From the IMG/VR virus record IMGVR_UViG_3300022555_000046: a stretch of 64,000 nt of DNA. One strand, 5' to 3'. The notes below the pieces were generated by a model. That model was not told where the DNA came from. It was given only the letters and a program-made list of their open reading frames with translations, and made no database searches. Positions within the stretch are counted from its first letter, which is position 1, and each line of letters opens with the position of its first letter. The stretch is from a virus. A program made the position numbers and the translations under genes. Below, piece after piece: positions 46,854-58,800 of the stretch.

Positions 46854-49800
46854 TGGACGAAAACACAAAATTACCGCCAATTGATCTTTCTGGACTTACT
46901 GGTGCAAACAAGGGAGCCTCTTTACCTCCCATCGACCTTTCTGGGTTAAAAAAAAAAGAGGAGCCTGTAAATCCGTCCGATGCTTTTTCGATGGATGCCG
47001 GGAAAAACTTAGGAGGCGGGTCGCCTATATCCCCTATCCAGCCATCGTCATCCGAAGATGGTACATCTAAGGCGGCACCGGGACCAGTTGTGCCCAAGGA
47101 GGTAAAACCAGTACCTCAACCGACACCGGGATTCAATACCACAAAATTATCCCCCAAAGACGAGGAGGGTTTCCAGAAGTTCTGGAATGAGAACCCTCGT
47201 GTACAGGCGTGGAAACAGGACCAGAGATTGACCAAGGGAGGAGAAGATTCTCCTGACAATCCAGATTACGACTATCGTGGTGCGTGGAAATCAGGTATAA
47301 CTCCAGTTGCAACTAAAAACCCAAGTACAAAAAAATGGGAACTCAACTGGGGAAACTTTGGTTCAGATGGTCAAGACCTGAAATCTCCGAATAATCCTAC
47401 AAAATGGAAATCCGATTATCAGCAAGCGGTCGGGGTAGACCCTGATAAAATCGGGATCACCGAGGCAAGAGCCAAGGCAGAAATTGCTCCAATAACCTCA
47501 GAACAAGAATACCAAGACGGTTTGGATAAGCCAAAAGACCCCGTTCAGATAGAACGGGAAAACATGTGGCTCAATCAGTCTTATCTTATGCCAAGAATTG
47601 CAATGAAAGATGCCGCTGACAAGGGTGATCTTACCACGGTGGTACAAATGCTCTCTAACTTGGAGAAAACCCGTCCTGCCGATCCCTACGCCAATCAGTT
47701 GCCATACTGGGCGGCAAAGAAAGCCGCAGAAAACGATGCAAGGAATGTAATTGTTCAGTCTGGTATCGTTGATGGCTCTCCGACACCCGATGATGTAAAG
47801 GGAATACTGGCGAGAGACCCGTCAATTTACGATAAATATGGAGTTTCTGGGTTTCTTGATAAGGCACTTGCACTAAATCCCGATGATCCTACTCTTAACG
47901 GGCAGAAGGTTGTGATGGCGGCAAATTCAGGAAACTGGAAGGACGCCCTTTTGTATGCCGACAAACTGATGAGCCTTCCTCCTGATCCGAATAAGCTGGC
48001 TCAGATGGAGCGTGAACATATGGCTTTGGGGGCAAAGACAAAGGCCATGCAGAACCTTTCCCGGGAAGAGCAGGGGTCAAATACCCCAGAGCATACAAAG
48101 ATTATGAATGATGAGGTAGACAAACTTACGGACCAGAGAACGGTTCTTGGTGACGCCATAAAAGAAGAGCAAAATCAGTGGTACAATAGGAGGTCCTCAA
48201 TGGACTATATTGTGGCACAGGGAGTTGGAAATTCATTGATCGGCAAGGGAGTTCAGGCTTTCCTTCCACCGGGATCGACCGATCCAGCATTTGATCCTTG
48301 GGCGGGATACACGCCTTCCACGACTGAAAGTGTTGCGGCAGGATTTGTGAGCCTGTTGATTGACTCCGGTCCGATGTTGCCAGTAGCTGGATGGGGAACC
48401 GTTGGGAAGGGTGCTGCTGAGTTCGGTATGGAAGGACTTGGGGCGTTTTCAGTAGGGGCAAAACCTGCGGAAATGGCTGTTGACTGGGCGATCAAGAAGA
48501 ATGCTTTAAAGGCGGCAGAAAAGACTATTGCTCAGTTTGTTGCTAATGGGATGAGGGAGTCGACCGCCAGAAAAGCGGTTGCGTATCTTTCTGATGAGAT
48601 GATAAACGGAGCCACCGCCAGCGTGATTAAAAACGCTGCCGTTTCCGCTGGTTCTCTTAGTGCCTATGGGATGATGAGCGAAACAGCTACCCAGTTAGCT
48701 GATCCCAAAAACACACTTAAGAGCATTAATTGGAGTCAGGTGCTGAAAAGAGGAGGAGAGGACTTTCTTCTTGGAGGTGCGGTCGGTGCTATTGGTGCCG
48801 GGACTGAAATCGGGAAAGGGTCAGTCGGTGAATGGGGGGCTGATACCGGACTTTCAAAACAATCCATATCCACTCTTAAGGCCAATGTAAGTGCCGCTGG
48901 ATTTGCCACTGAAGTCGGGGTGTTTACGGTTGGTGGAACAATGTTCGACCCAAAGAAACAGTTAAGCGACTTAACATTCAAGGACTTTGTGTTAAGTGCC
49001 ATCCCTCTTGTAGGGCTTAAAATACCTCACATACTGATATCTGGAACGGAATGGGTCAAGGCTCAGAACTTTGATAAGGGGAAGGTGAATGAGGGCGTAT
49101 TCAGGGTAGAACTTACTCCTGACGAAATCAGTCTGATGTACGACTACAAAGGGAGACCGAAGGGTAGGACTGATAAAAACGGAAATTATAAGCTGAATGC
49201 ATTCCCCTCCTCTGACGAGGTCATAAACAGCCTGAATAACGATCCAAATCAGTTACAGTGGTTCTTAAGGTCGGGAAGTATCCCTATTGAGACCAAGGCA
49301 AAGTTGATGTATGCTATTGAGGGTCTTATGCCAGATACCGGAACTCCAGTAGTGTCAAGGATTGATACTAAAAGCGATGGAGGAAAGTCGGTTTTAATCG
49401 CCTATAATGCCGCTGACGAGCCTGTGTTCGCCCGTAAATACGGAGATGCTGACGCTGCCGAGAAGGACGCCATGAGATTCACTACCCTCATCATGGAACG
49501 TCAGAAAAGGACGGACGCAAACAGTATGACGGTCCAGCAGAAGGTGAATATCTCCCAGAGGCTTAAGGCTGGAGAGGCCGATGTTGCTACCTTAAAGATG
49601 GGGCTTGATAAATATGAAACTCCGTGGGACCGCACTCCACTGGAGCAAAAGGAGGTTGACCGATTTGATGCAGAGGTTGCCAAGGAGAAGGAAATTGAGG
49701 CTAAAAGACAAGACGCACTTTACAAGTCTGCTAAGAAGAAAATGGAGGATGGAGAGGCTTTAAGCCGGGAGGAAAGTAATATTGTAAAATTAAGAGACGA

Positions 49801-52800
49801 GAATCCATTGTCTCTCGATGATGCTGTTCAGAGGGTTAGAAACCTTGTCGAGCCTCCTCCAATCGAGACAGGGTTACTTCCCAAGAAAGGCGAGTCAGAG
49901 CCTGTTATAAAACCAGAAATTCCTATCATCCCTGCTACCGGAAGTAGGATTGAATGGGATAAACCGGATGATGGATCGGACCCAATCCTTGGTTCATATA
50001 AACTTGATGACGATAATCATGTTCAGATAGAGCAGGTTACAACACAATATCAAAAACCGTCAAGGATCGGGAGGCTGCTCGGGAAAGACGGTCAGTTTGT
50101 CCCGGTAAGTCCATATTGGGAGGTTAATGTTACGGGCGATAAATTCGGAGAGTCCACTGGGATACACCGTGCGGAAACCCGTGTAGGTGCAGAGAAAATT
50201 GCAAACGAAATTATTAATAAAAACACAGATGAAAACGTCAATAGTGAAAACGCCATCAGGGTACTTAGTCCAGACGGACGAAGGCAAACCGTTAACCCCG
50301 GCACTATCCTTGGAGGAGGCGAAACAACGCAAGAAGGCAATCGACTCGTATCAGGGGAGACTGGCGAAGTTAAACCAAGCTCCGTTGTCTTCCTCGATGG
50401 AAAAGCCTTTGTTGTAAAAGGGATATCGGGAGATAAATTTGATCTTGGGGACGGGAATATTGTTGATAAATCCAAGGTGCTTGTGGTTGGAGATGAAGGT
50501 TCTGGAAAGCCCGTAAAATCACTTCTTGACAGGCCAGTTTCAGAAGTTAATCCGGTCGACATAAACGATAAAAGCCTGAATGACGAGGTTAAGTACAGGA
50601 CAAACAGGCTGAATGTCGAGGTTTTGGATCACGAGACAGCCGCTGTTTCAGCGCAGGTTCTTAATATGATGTCCGATCCTGCTAATGCCGGGAAATCCCT
50701 TAATGAAGTCATTGATCAGGCGGTCGGAGAGTACGAGGCGTTCCGCAAGGTTGATAAGGAGCCTATTAATGGAGCCGATCCCGTAATTTCCAAGGACGCA
50801 AAGGGAAGCGAGACAACCACGCCAAGTTTCAGTCTAAATGACGCTGTTCGCAACAGTCCAAAAAACAAAGGGAACAACCTGTGGGTAAGGATGGACCCGG
50901 GAAAAGATAATTCAGACAGAGTGTTGCTTGTTCAATTTTCAAACTCGGACCTCCTGAACAGAGGAAGATTGACCGGGGACCCGACAGAGTTGTATTATGA
51001 CAAACTATACCGTACCAGACCCGGGTTCGACAGGACGTTCGACTTCTGGGAAATTCCACTATGGATGTCCCGGCTCTCTCATATTGTTGACAAGTCGGAT
51101 GTTTATGTTGTCAGGGATATGGATGAGGCTATTAAGTTTATTAAAGAGGCTGGATACGACAGGGTTGCATTCAGTACTCTTATGATAAATGAGCCACATA
51201 TTTCGAGGATAGCAGAGGAGATTCCCGGGCAGAAAATATCCGTAGGGGGATACACCGAATTCAAATCCTTGAGTGAAAAACCAAACGTTACCGTGTATAA
51301 GACGGTCAGTGAGTTTGCTGTTCAAAATGGATACCCAGATGTTCATGGGTATTCCTATCGTCATTTCAGGGGCACGAGAGTCATCCCCAGACTCAGTATG
51401 TCCGAAGGGTGCCTGTTTCACTGCGCCTTTTGCTCGGAAATTCCCCGGGTTATAACGGAAACGCCCAAAGATATCATTGACTCTCAGGTTGAAAGCATCA
51501 AGGACTTGGATGCAAGGCTGATATATTTGGATGACAAAACTTTCGGTCAGTCCAAGAACCACACTTATCTCACTGAGATTTACAAGAGGATAAAGGAGGT
51601 AAATCCTGATTTTGAAGGCTTTATAATCCAGACAACCGCTGGCCAGATGCTCAAGTTTGACAATCAGTTTCTGGAGGACGCCCACATTAAGTACGTTGAA
51701 CTTGGAATTGAGTCGTTTAACGATCCTATTTTAAGGAGATTACACAAGCCAGCCCTTGAAAAACAGATGGAGTTGGCGGCAGAAAAACTCAGGGAGAACA
51801 AAATAAACTTCATTCCTAATCTCGTTGTTGGTTTCGAGGGGAAAGACAAGGTCGGAGACACTGAAACGGACTGGTCGGAAACGCCCGAGTCTTACGCCAG
51901 AACAGCCGATTATCTTAATAAGAATCTGGATATCATTTCACATATCAATGTGAACTCCCTCGCCCTTTATGACGGGACAGAGTTAAGTGATAATATCGGA
52001 GCAAATATCGAAGGCAATAACAACCAAAATGTCGTTGAAAAGCCGTACCAGAAGAATCCTTCCGTACACAGACAGGCAATACTTGACTTTACAAAAATAG
52101 CATCAAAAGCCCTTGATCGTGTTCCTTACGGACCGGAGCCTCTGGCAAAGCCAGATATGATCAATAGTCTCAATCCTGATGGCACAATTTCAGCCATATT
52201 TGTAGCACCTTACAGGGACCTGAAGATAACCAGCGTAGAGGATGCCACATCCGTCAGGGAAAGACCAGAGTATAAGGCGTACATCAAGGGGATGCATGAA
52301 CTTGGCCGAATTATGAAGGTTGAGATAAAGAACATCGACCACACTATTGGAATTTTTGAAGGCATCCCAGAGGTGTCAAACAGGGTGGAAGTGAATGCGA
52401 AAACCCTTGATGAGGCCGAACAATTTGCCGCACTCCTTGGCGTGATGTCTCACGAAACCCAGAAAGCAACAATTGCCTCCAGATACGTTGAGCCTGACGC
52501 CCCTTCGGACGGGGTTTCCGACAGGATTATCGAACTGGAATTCAAGGTAGACAATGTTGAAGGGGTGCTTAAGGCACTCAAAGACGCTGGACTTGACGCC
52601 ACACTTCTTGACGAGAAGGGAAGAGTTCAAATACTTGATTTCTACGATAATAAGAATGAGGAATTTAATTCACAGGTAGATAAATTTGCAACTAATTTAA
52701 AAGAAAATGGAATCACCATCGAAGATCAAACAGCCAGACCAGTCGACTCCAGATACGTCACCGAAGACAGACGGTCCCAGTTACTCAAAGAATTTGGCGT

Positions 52801-55800
52801 TCAAGTGGAAGACGGACAGGGTGGGGAAGATCAACGTGCGCTTTGGCAACGAGCCACCGAAAGGGATGCGGAATACCGGAGTGTGAATGGCTTAACCCCG
52901 GTTAATTACAAGGACGTACCTATTGAGGAAAAGGTCATCCCGGCAGAAGTTCCTTTAATGAAGGAAATTCAAGCCCTTCAGGAGGCCACCAAGAAAAATC
53001 CCGCCCCAGAGTCTCAGAAGAATGTACAGTCTATTATTAACGGGCTGGCAAAGAAGGCTGTTAATGGACTTGATGCGGTTGTGGTACAGTCTCAGGAAGA
53101 CCTTCCTGCCGACATAAGGGCTGGAATTGAAGGGAATGCATCTCCCGGGGCAAAGGTAAATATCAGGGGTGTTTATGACCCTTGGAACGGGAAGATTTAC
53201 TTCATTGCCGACAATCTTAAGAATGAGAATGATGCCGTGGCCACATGGGTTCACGAGCAGGGGATTCACCGTGGCCTCAGATCGCTGATTGAAAAGCCAG
53301 AGGAATTAGATAAACTGCTTGGGAAAATATATGACTCCGTGGGAATGGATAAGATATCCCAAACCATCGACAGGTCGTATATTAATTCGTTTAACAGCGG
53401 TAAGATCGGGAAAGAAGGTTTGGCCGAGGAGTATCTTGCCAAGATTGCCGAGAAGATCATTACCAAAGAGGACCTCAATAAAATGGAGAAGGGAATATGG
53501 CAGCAGGTTGTCGATTTTGTTCGCAATGCCATAAAATCCTTTATCGGGAAAGACGTGGCTCTTACAGATAACGAAATTGCCGATATCATCAAGGCCAGTA
53601 CCGCCTCTGTATATGAAAGAGAGTCTCCGTTCTTCCCAAGTCAAGGAGGTAATGTCATGCCTCACATGGATGAGTTTATGACCGGGGAAGAGTCTTTCAG
53701 AAGTATAGGAATAAACCCAAATAAGACAAATAACCTCAGAAAAATATATGAGAAAATAAATGAGTATTACGAGCGTAAAAAATGGAGGGTAACCGACAGG
53801 CTTAAGTCGGAAAAGGATAAAAAAGGAGACGAATTAGCCCGTATAATTGCTCACAACAAGAGTGTTAGGCACCAGATCATCCCCAGACTATCTAAGTTTA
53901 TCGCCTTAGAGGTTGAACACATGATAGACACATACGGAATGTCAGACCGTAGCGGAGTTGGCTGGTATACAAAGCAGTACGAAAAGGCTATCGACACACT
54001 CAGTACTGTGTATCCAGAGTTAAAAACAAACGAACATGGGGAGCGTGACCTATTCACAATGCTCACGGCCATTACCAGCGATCAAACCGAGGTTAATGAC
54101 AATCTTCAGGCTGCTGTTGAAATATATGAGGCTTACAAAAACAATGGCTCTAAAAAAATACCTTATGCTACCGGAGGTGGGACAAAAACAGAATCTTACG
54201 ACCTTAATATAGATAGGATAAACGAACTACTTGAGAGTCCTGAATTTGATGGAGACATCAAAAAATTAAGCAAGTGGTTGATGGAAAAAAAGACCGGAAC
54301 TAAGTTTCGTAAAGAGGCAAAAGAACTTGGAATTAAATACAATAGCGGGTGGGAAGATAAGATGAAACTCCCACGGGCTGTTACCGTGTTTGGACCTAAG
54401 TTAGGAGTGTACTTCTCTAATCTTATGGGAGACGAAGGGTATCCGACAATGGACCGTTGGGAGTCCAGATCATTCAATAGATACAGGTCATCAGTCATCC
54501 CTACTTTAAAAGGAAGGGAAGGCTCTCCTGAGTCGGAAGATGTCGGTGTTAGGGCGTATAAAACGCTGATTGGCAAGCCAGACATATCTGATGACGATGC
54601 AATTGCTGACGCAACAAAAAGGACGAGGGCTTACATAAAAAGAAAAGGACCAGACACCGTTGTGACCAAAGACGGCATAACGAAGGTTAAAAAAGGAGGT
54701 GGATACTGGACCGATATCGAGATATTGGTTGGTCAAAAAAAGGGGACAAAGAAAGAGCAGGAGATTGAGTACGAGAAGATTTTGGCAAATCTTGACGTGG
54801 AAAAGGCTCAACGTGACAAGGGCGTGGTCCCGAATATGATAAAGTCAAAAGAGCAATTAATACAAGAGGGGAACGCTGATACTAAGGCAAATGGGATATT
54901 CCAGAAAATGAATGGAACAGTAGATTCCCCAGATAATGCCCCAGATCGAACATTGCAATACGAAACTTTTAAAGAGGCACAACGTAAGTTGGCTGAGAAA
55001 GGGTATAATCTTTCTGTGGCAGATGTTCAGGCTGCATTGTGGTATTTTGAGAAAGACCTGTATATCAAAGCGGGAGGAAGGGAAAATGCTGCCGGGGTTT
55101 CTTATGGAGACGTTGCGGGTCCACTCGTCAAAGGCAAACTCAATACAGGAGTATGGAAAAGTGAGATGACAACCAAGCAGTTAAAAACAAGAGATCAGGC
55201 CGAGAAAGATACGAGTTCTGGGCAGGGAAGGTTGTTTTCAGCAGAGTCAGAACCGATGTCTTCCGAGGATCGCAAGAAATTGATCAACGGTATTACTAAT
55301 GTGTTTGGGAAGTTCAGGGACATTCATCCCGAATTAAAGGGCACTGCGCTGGTTAATGCGTTTAAGGAAAGTGTTGCTAAAACCAACGAGTCGATCCCTA
55401 ATGACGTGATAAACGAGGCTATTTTCGGTAAAAAAGCAAGGATGAAAAAGCCAGCGGATGAAACTACGGCCATAAATAATGCCACAATAGAAAGTGAACT
55501 GGAGGGCAGGGAAGGCTTACAGGCTCTGGACGCTCTCAGGAGACACATAGGAGCCGTACACAGCACGAACGTCTTCGAGGCATATGACATTGCCAAAGCC
55601 GGGGTAAACGCAAACCCAGAGATTCTGTACGGGGTAACAAACAGGGTTCTGAGAGATCATACCGGAAATCTGGTTGACGAGGCAGTTCTTTTGATCCACA
55701 GAGCCATCCTTCGTAATGACGAGATTGAGTATCTGAATAAATTAAAGGCCGAGAAAAGTCCAGAGCAAAGAAGGAAACTTCAGAATGATCTGTCTGAGGT

Positions 55801-58800
55801 TTATCGTAAAATGTCAGATAATGACATGGCAAGCTGGATGATCGGGCGTGAGGCCAGCAACATCTTCCGTCTTCGTCAGACATACGTAAACACGGAGTTG
55901 AATATCGGCCAGATGGAGCGTGAATACATGGCCACCAAGAGTCTTGAGGAATTGACCCCAGAGGCAAAGGCTTATGTTGCTCAAAAATTTCAGGACCTGC
56001 GGGATGCCAAAATAAGGATCGAAGAACTGGAAAAGGCGCATGAGGCAGATAAGGAGAAGATAAGGATCATGGAAGTTCTGGGGACCGGGGGCAGGAGTAA
56101 AAATATGCCAAAGGAACCAGAAAACAGGATCAAAGTGAATGTGGAGAAACTGCGCCAGATCATGTTGGCCGGAATGAAACCATCATCCTCAGAAGAAGGT
56201 CCTGTCAAAAACATCGTCCCGAAAGAGTATTCTAAAAATATGGTTGACGATGGGAATGGGAATTATATATTCTTCAGGTACGGTCATGGTTGGGAGAAGT
56301 ACAAGAACGGGATGGTTGATCCATCACACTGGGGGGAGAATAGCATAACCTCAGATAAGCGTTCCGAAAAGGTTAGTTATTATTACACTCAGCCGGGAGA
56401 TCGTGAACACAACGTTACCGGAGGATTACACGCTGTAAGGATTCCGAAAGACAAGGTTTATCCGTTTAACGATGATCCATTAAATTTCTATGATCAAGCC
56501 CTTGCCTTATTTAGGAAGGATTATGGTCCAGACGTGTCGTTCTCGCCAGACAAGCAGATCGACTACATGAATCCCCTCATTGCAGAGGCTGGATACGACA
56601 TGGTTGTAGCTAAATGGAACGGAAAACTAAGAGCGGAAAGCACGAAAAGCCATCCGATTGACATGGATGCCACAAGAAACGCCAGAGGGGGAGGTGCAGC
56701 AGCAGAAAAAGATGACCTTGGCTCAAAGATAAAAAACAGGATAGAAAAAGAGGTAAATACAGCGTCAGGGTTTGAGAAATACGGATCGCTTTATTATGCC
56801 AAGGGAGGGTCGAAGGCTGATGTGGCAGAATTATTATCAAACAAGGATATAGCAAAACTTATAGGAAAAAAAGATGTCGACAAATACAGGGAACTGGAAG
56901 GCATGTATCCTACGGACAAGGAGGCTAAACCCTCCTCGGAGTCCAGTGCTGATATATCAAGGATCATCAAGGATATCGCTAAGGATCATCATGTTATGGG
57001 CGCAAAGTCGCTGGATGAGATTGTAGAAAAAACCCTGAGTGACGTGCAGCAGGTATTCCCCGAGTTTACCGCCAGAGACATCATGGATCATCTTTCTGGA
57101 TATTCAAAGGAGAATGCTCCAAAGACAAGGAGTGAACTTGCCACGGATATGGCGAACTATAAGCGTGAGGCCGAACTCCGTCTTAAACTTGAAGACACAC
57201 AAAATGGTATCGACACCGGGAAGGTGAAACCTAAACCCCCTGCCGATCCTCCCGAGATAAAGGAGTTGAAGGATCAAATTAAGGACCTGAAAAATGCAGA
57301 CAAGCCAACTCCCGCACAATCTGCCGAACTTCGCAAGAAAGACAGGTTGATGCAGCAGTATGAGGACCTTAAAAACGGAATAACCAGACCAAAGACCCCG
57401 GCACAGCAAAAGCAGGAGAGTCAGGACATTATTGATCTTCGTGATGACATAAAGAGACTTCAGGACAAAAATAAACCCACGCCCGAAGAAAAGAAGGAGT
57501 TGCAGATAAAGAAAAGGCTTTTCGAGAACTTCAGGGACATGGTTGAAAATGGAGGTGGGAAGTCCGGTATTTTTGTCGTAAGAGAAGGTGACTCTGAGGA
57601 TGTTATAAGAATGAAAGAACAGGGAATGGCAGAGGCTGAACGCCTTGGTCTTCCTGCCCGGGAATACAACGAAAGACGTATTAAGTATCTTAACAATCGA
57701 AAGAACTGGGTACAGGAGCAGATCGACAACGAGCAGTTTACCACCCTAAAGAAAGCGGCTAAAACATACGAGAAAACAGATGCCCTTCTGGAGGCAGAAG
57801 ACGATTATGCAAACAAGGTAAACGAATGGAAGACCGAACGTCAGGCAGACCTGAACCGGAACAAGCCTCCGATCCAAAGGTGGACCGAAAACATTCTGAA
57901 ATGGCAGCGTTTCGCTATCCTTGGATTTGCCGGGACACTTGCAAAACTGGCGGCTGTTGTTGGTTATGGCACCATCCTTAAGCCGTTTATGGTTGCTTGG
58001 CAGCAGGTTATCGCTCAAATAACACCCAAGTCAGCCAAGGATCAAATGGATATCTGGGGAGAGGCTCACTGGTCAGCCGTGTCTAAGTATTACGCTCAGT
58101 TCATAAGGAACTTCCCGATAACCAGAAAAGGAAGGCAAAATTGGGCGAACATGTTTGGCGGTCAGGACCCGCATGAAACCCAGTTTGGCAAACCTAATAT
58201 CTTCGAGGAGTGGAATATCGGACAGGGGATTATGGAATTCCCGGGTAGGGCGCACGGATACATCAAGTCGTTTATAAAGAACCCTGAGTTCGTTTACGCT
58301 ACCGAGCAGATTTCACTTAATTACTTTAAGAAGATCAGGGACATCGAACAGAAACTTCGAGACCCAAACCTGTCTTCGGAGGAAAGAAAGTCACTGGAGG
58401 ATCAACATAAGCTGTATGATCCATCGAGGAAGGACGTCCAGTTTAAGATTGGGACCATGTCTTTGAACCATGCGAAATGGTCGATCCTTATGAATGAGAA
58501 TGATTTTATTCAGGGTTTACAGGGATTGTTTGCCAAGGGATTGCCGGGAGCGTTTTTAAAGACTGAACTTCCGATCTTGAGGGTCCCCCTGAATTACATT
58601 GACAGGGCGTTAACATTCAAGTATGGGCTATTCATTGCTCTTGCCGGGAAGAGAAGGTTGGCGAAGGAAGGAATGCCTATGGAGGCACCGGGACTGGCTC
58701 ATCTGATGGTCAGCGGAACCAAGATACTTAAACCCGGGGAGGCTGATATTCTCCAGAGAAGTATTGTAATGGGGTCAATGGGGGCTGGACTTTTTGTACT

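Noticed and set aside
54240-54260. EFDGD in the giant protein as an RNA polymerase DxDGD motif
   Set aside because: First residue is Glu, the NADFDGD-like context is missing, and it lies inside the glycosylase-like domain.
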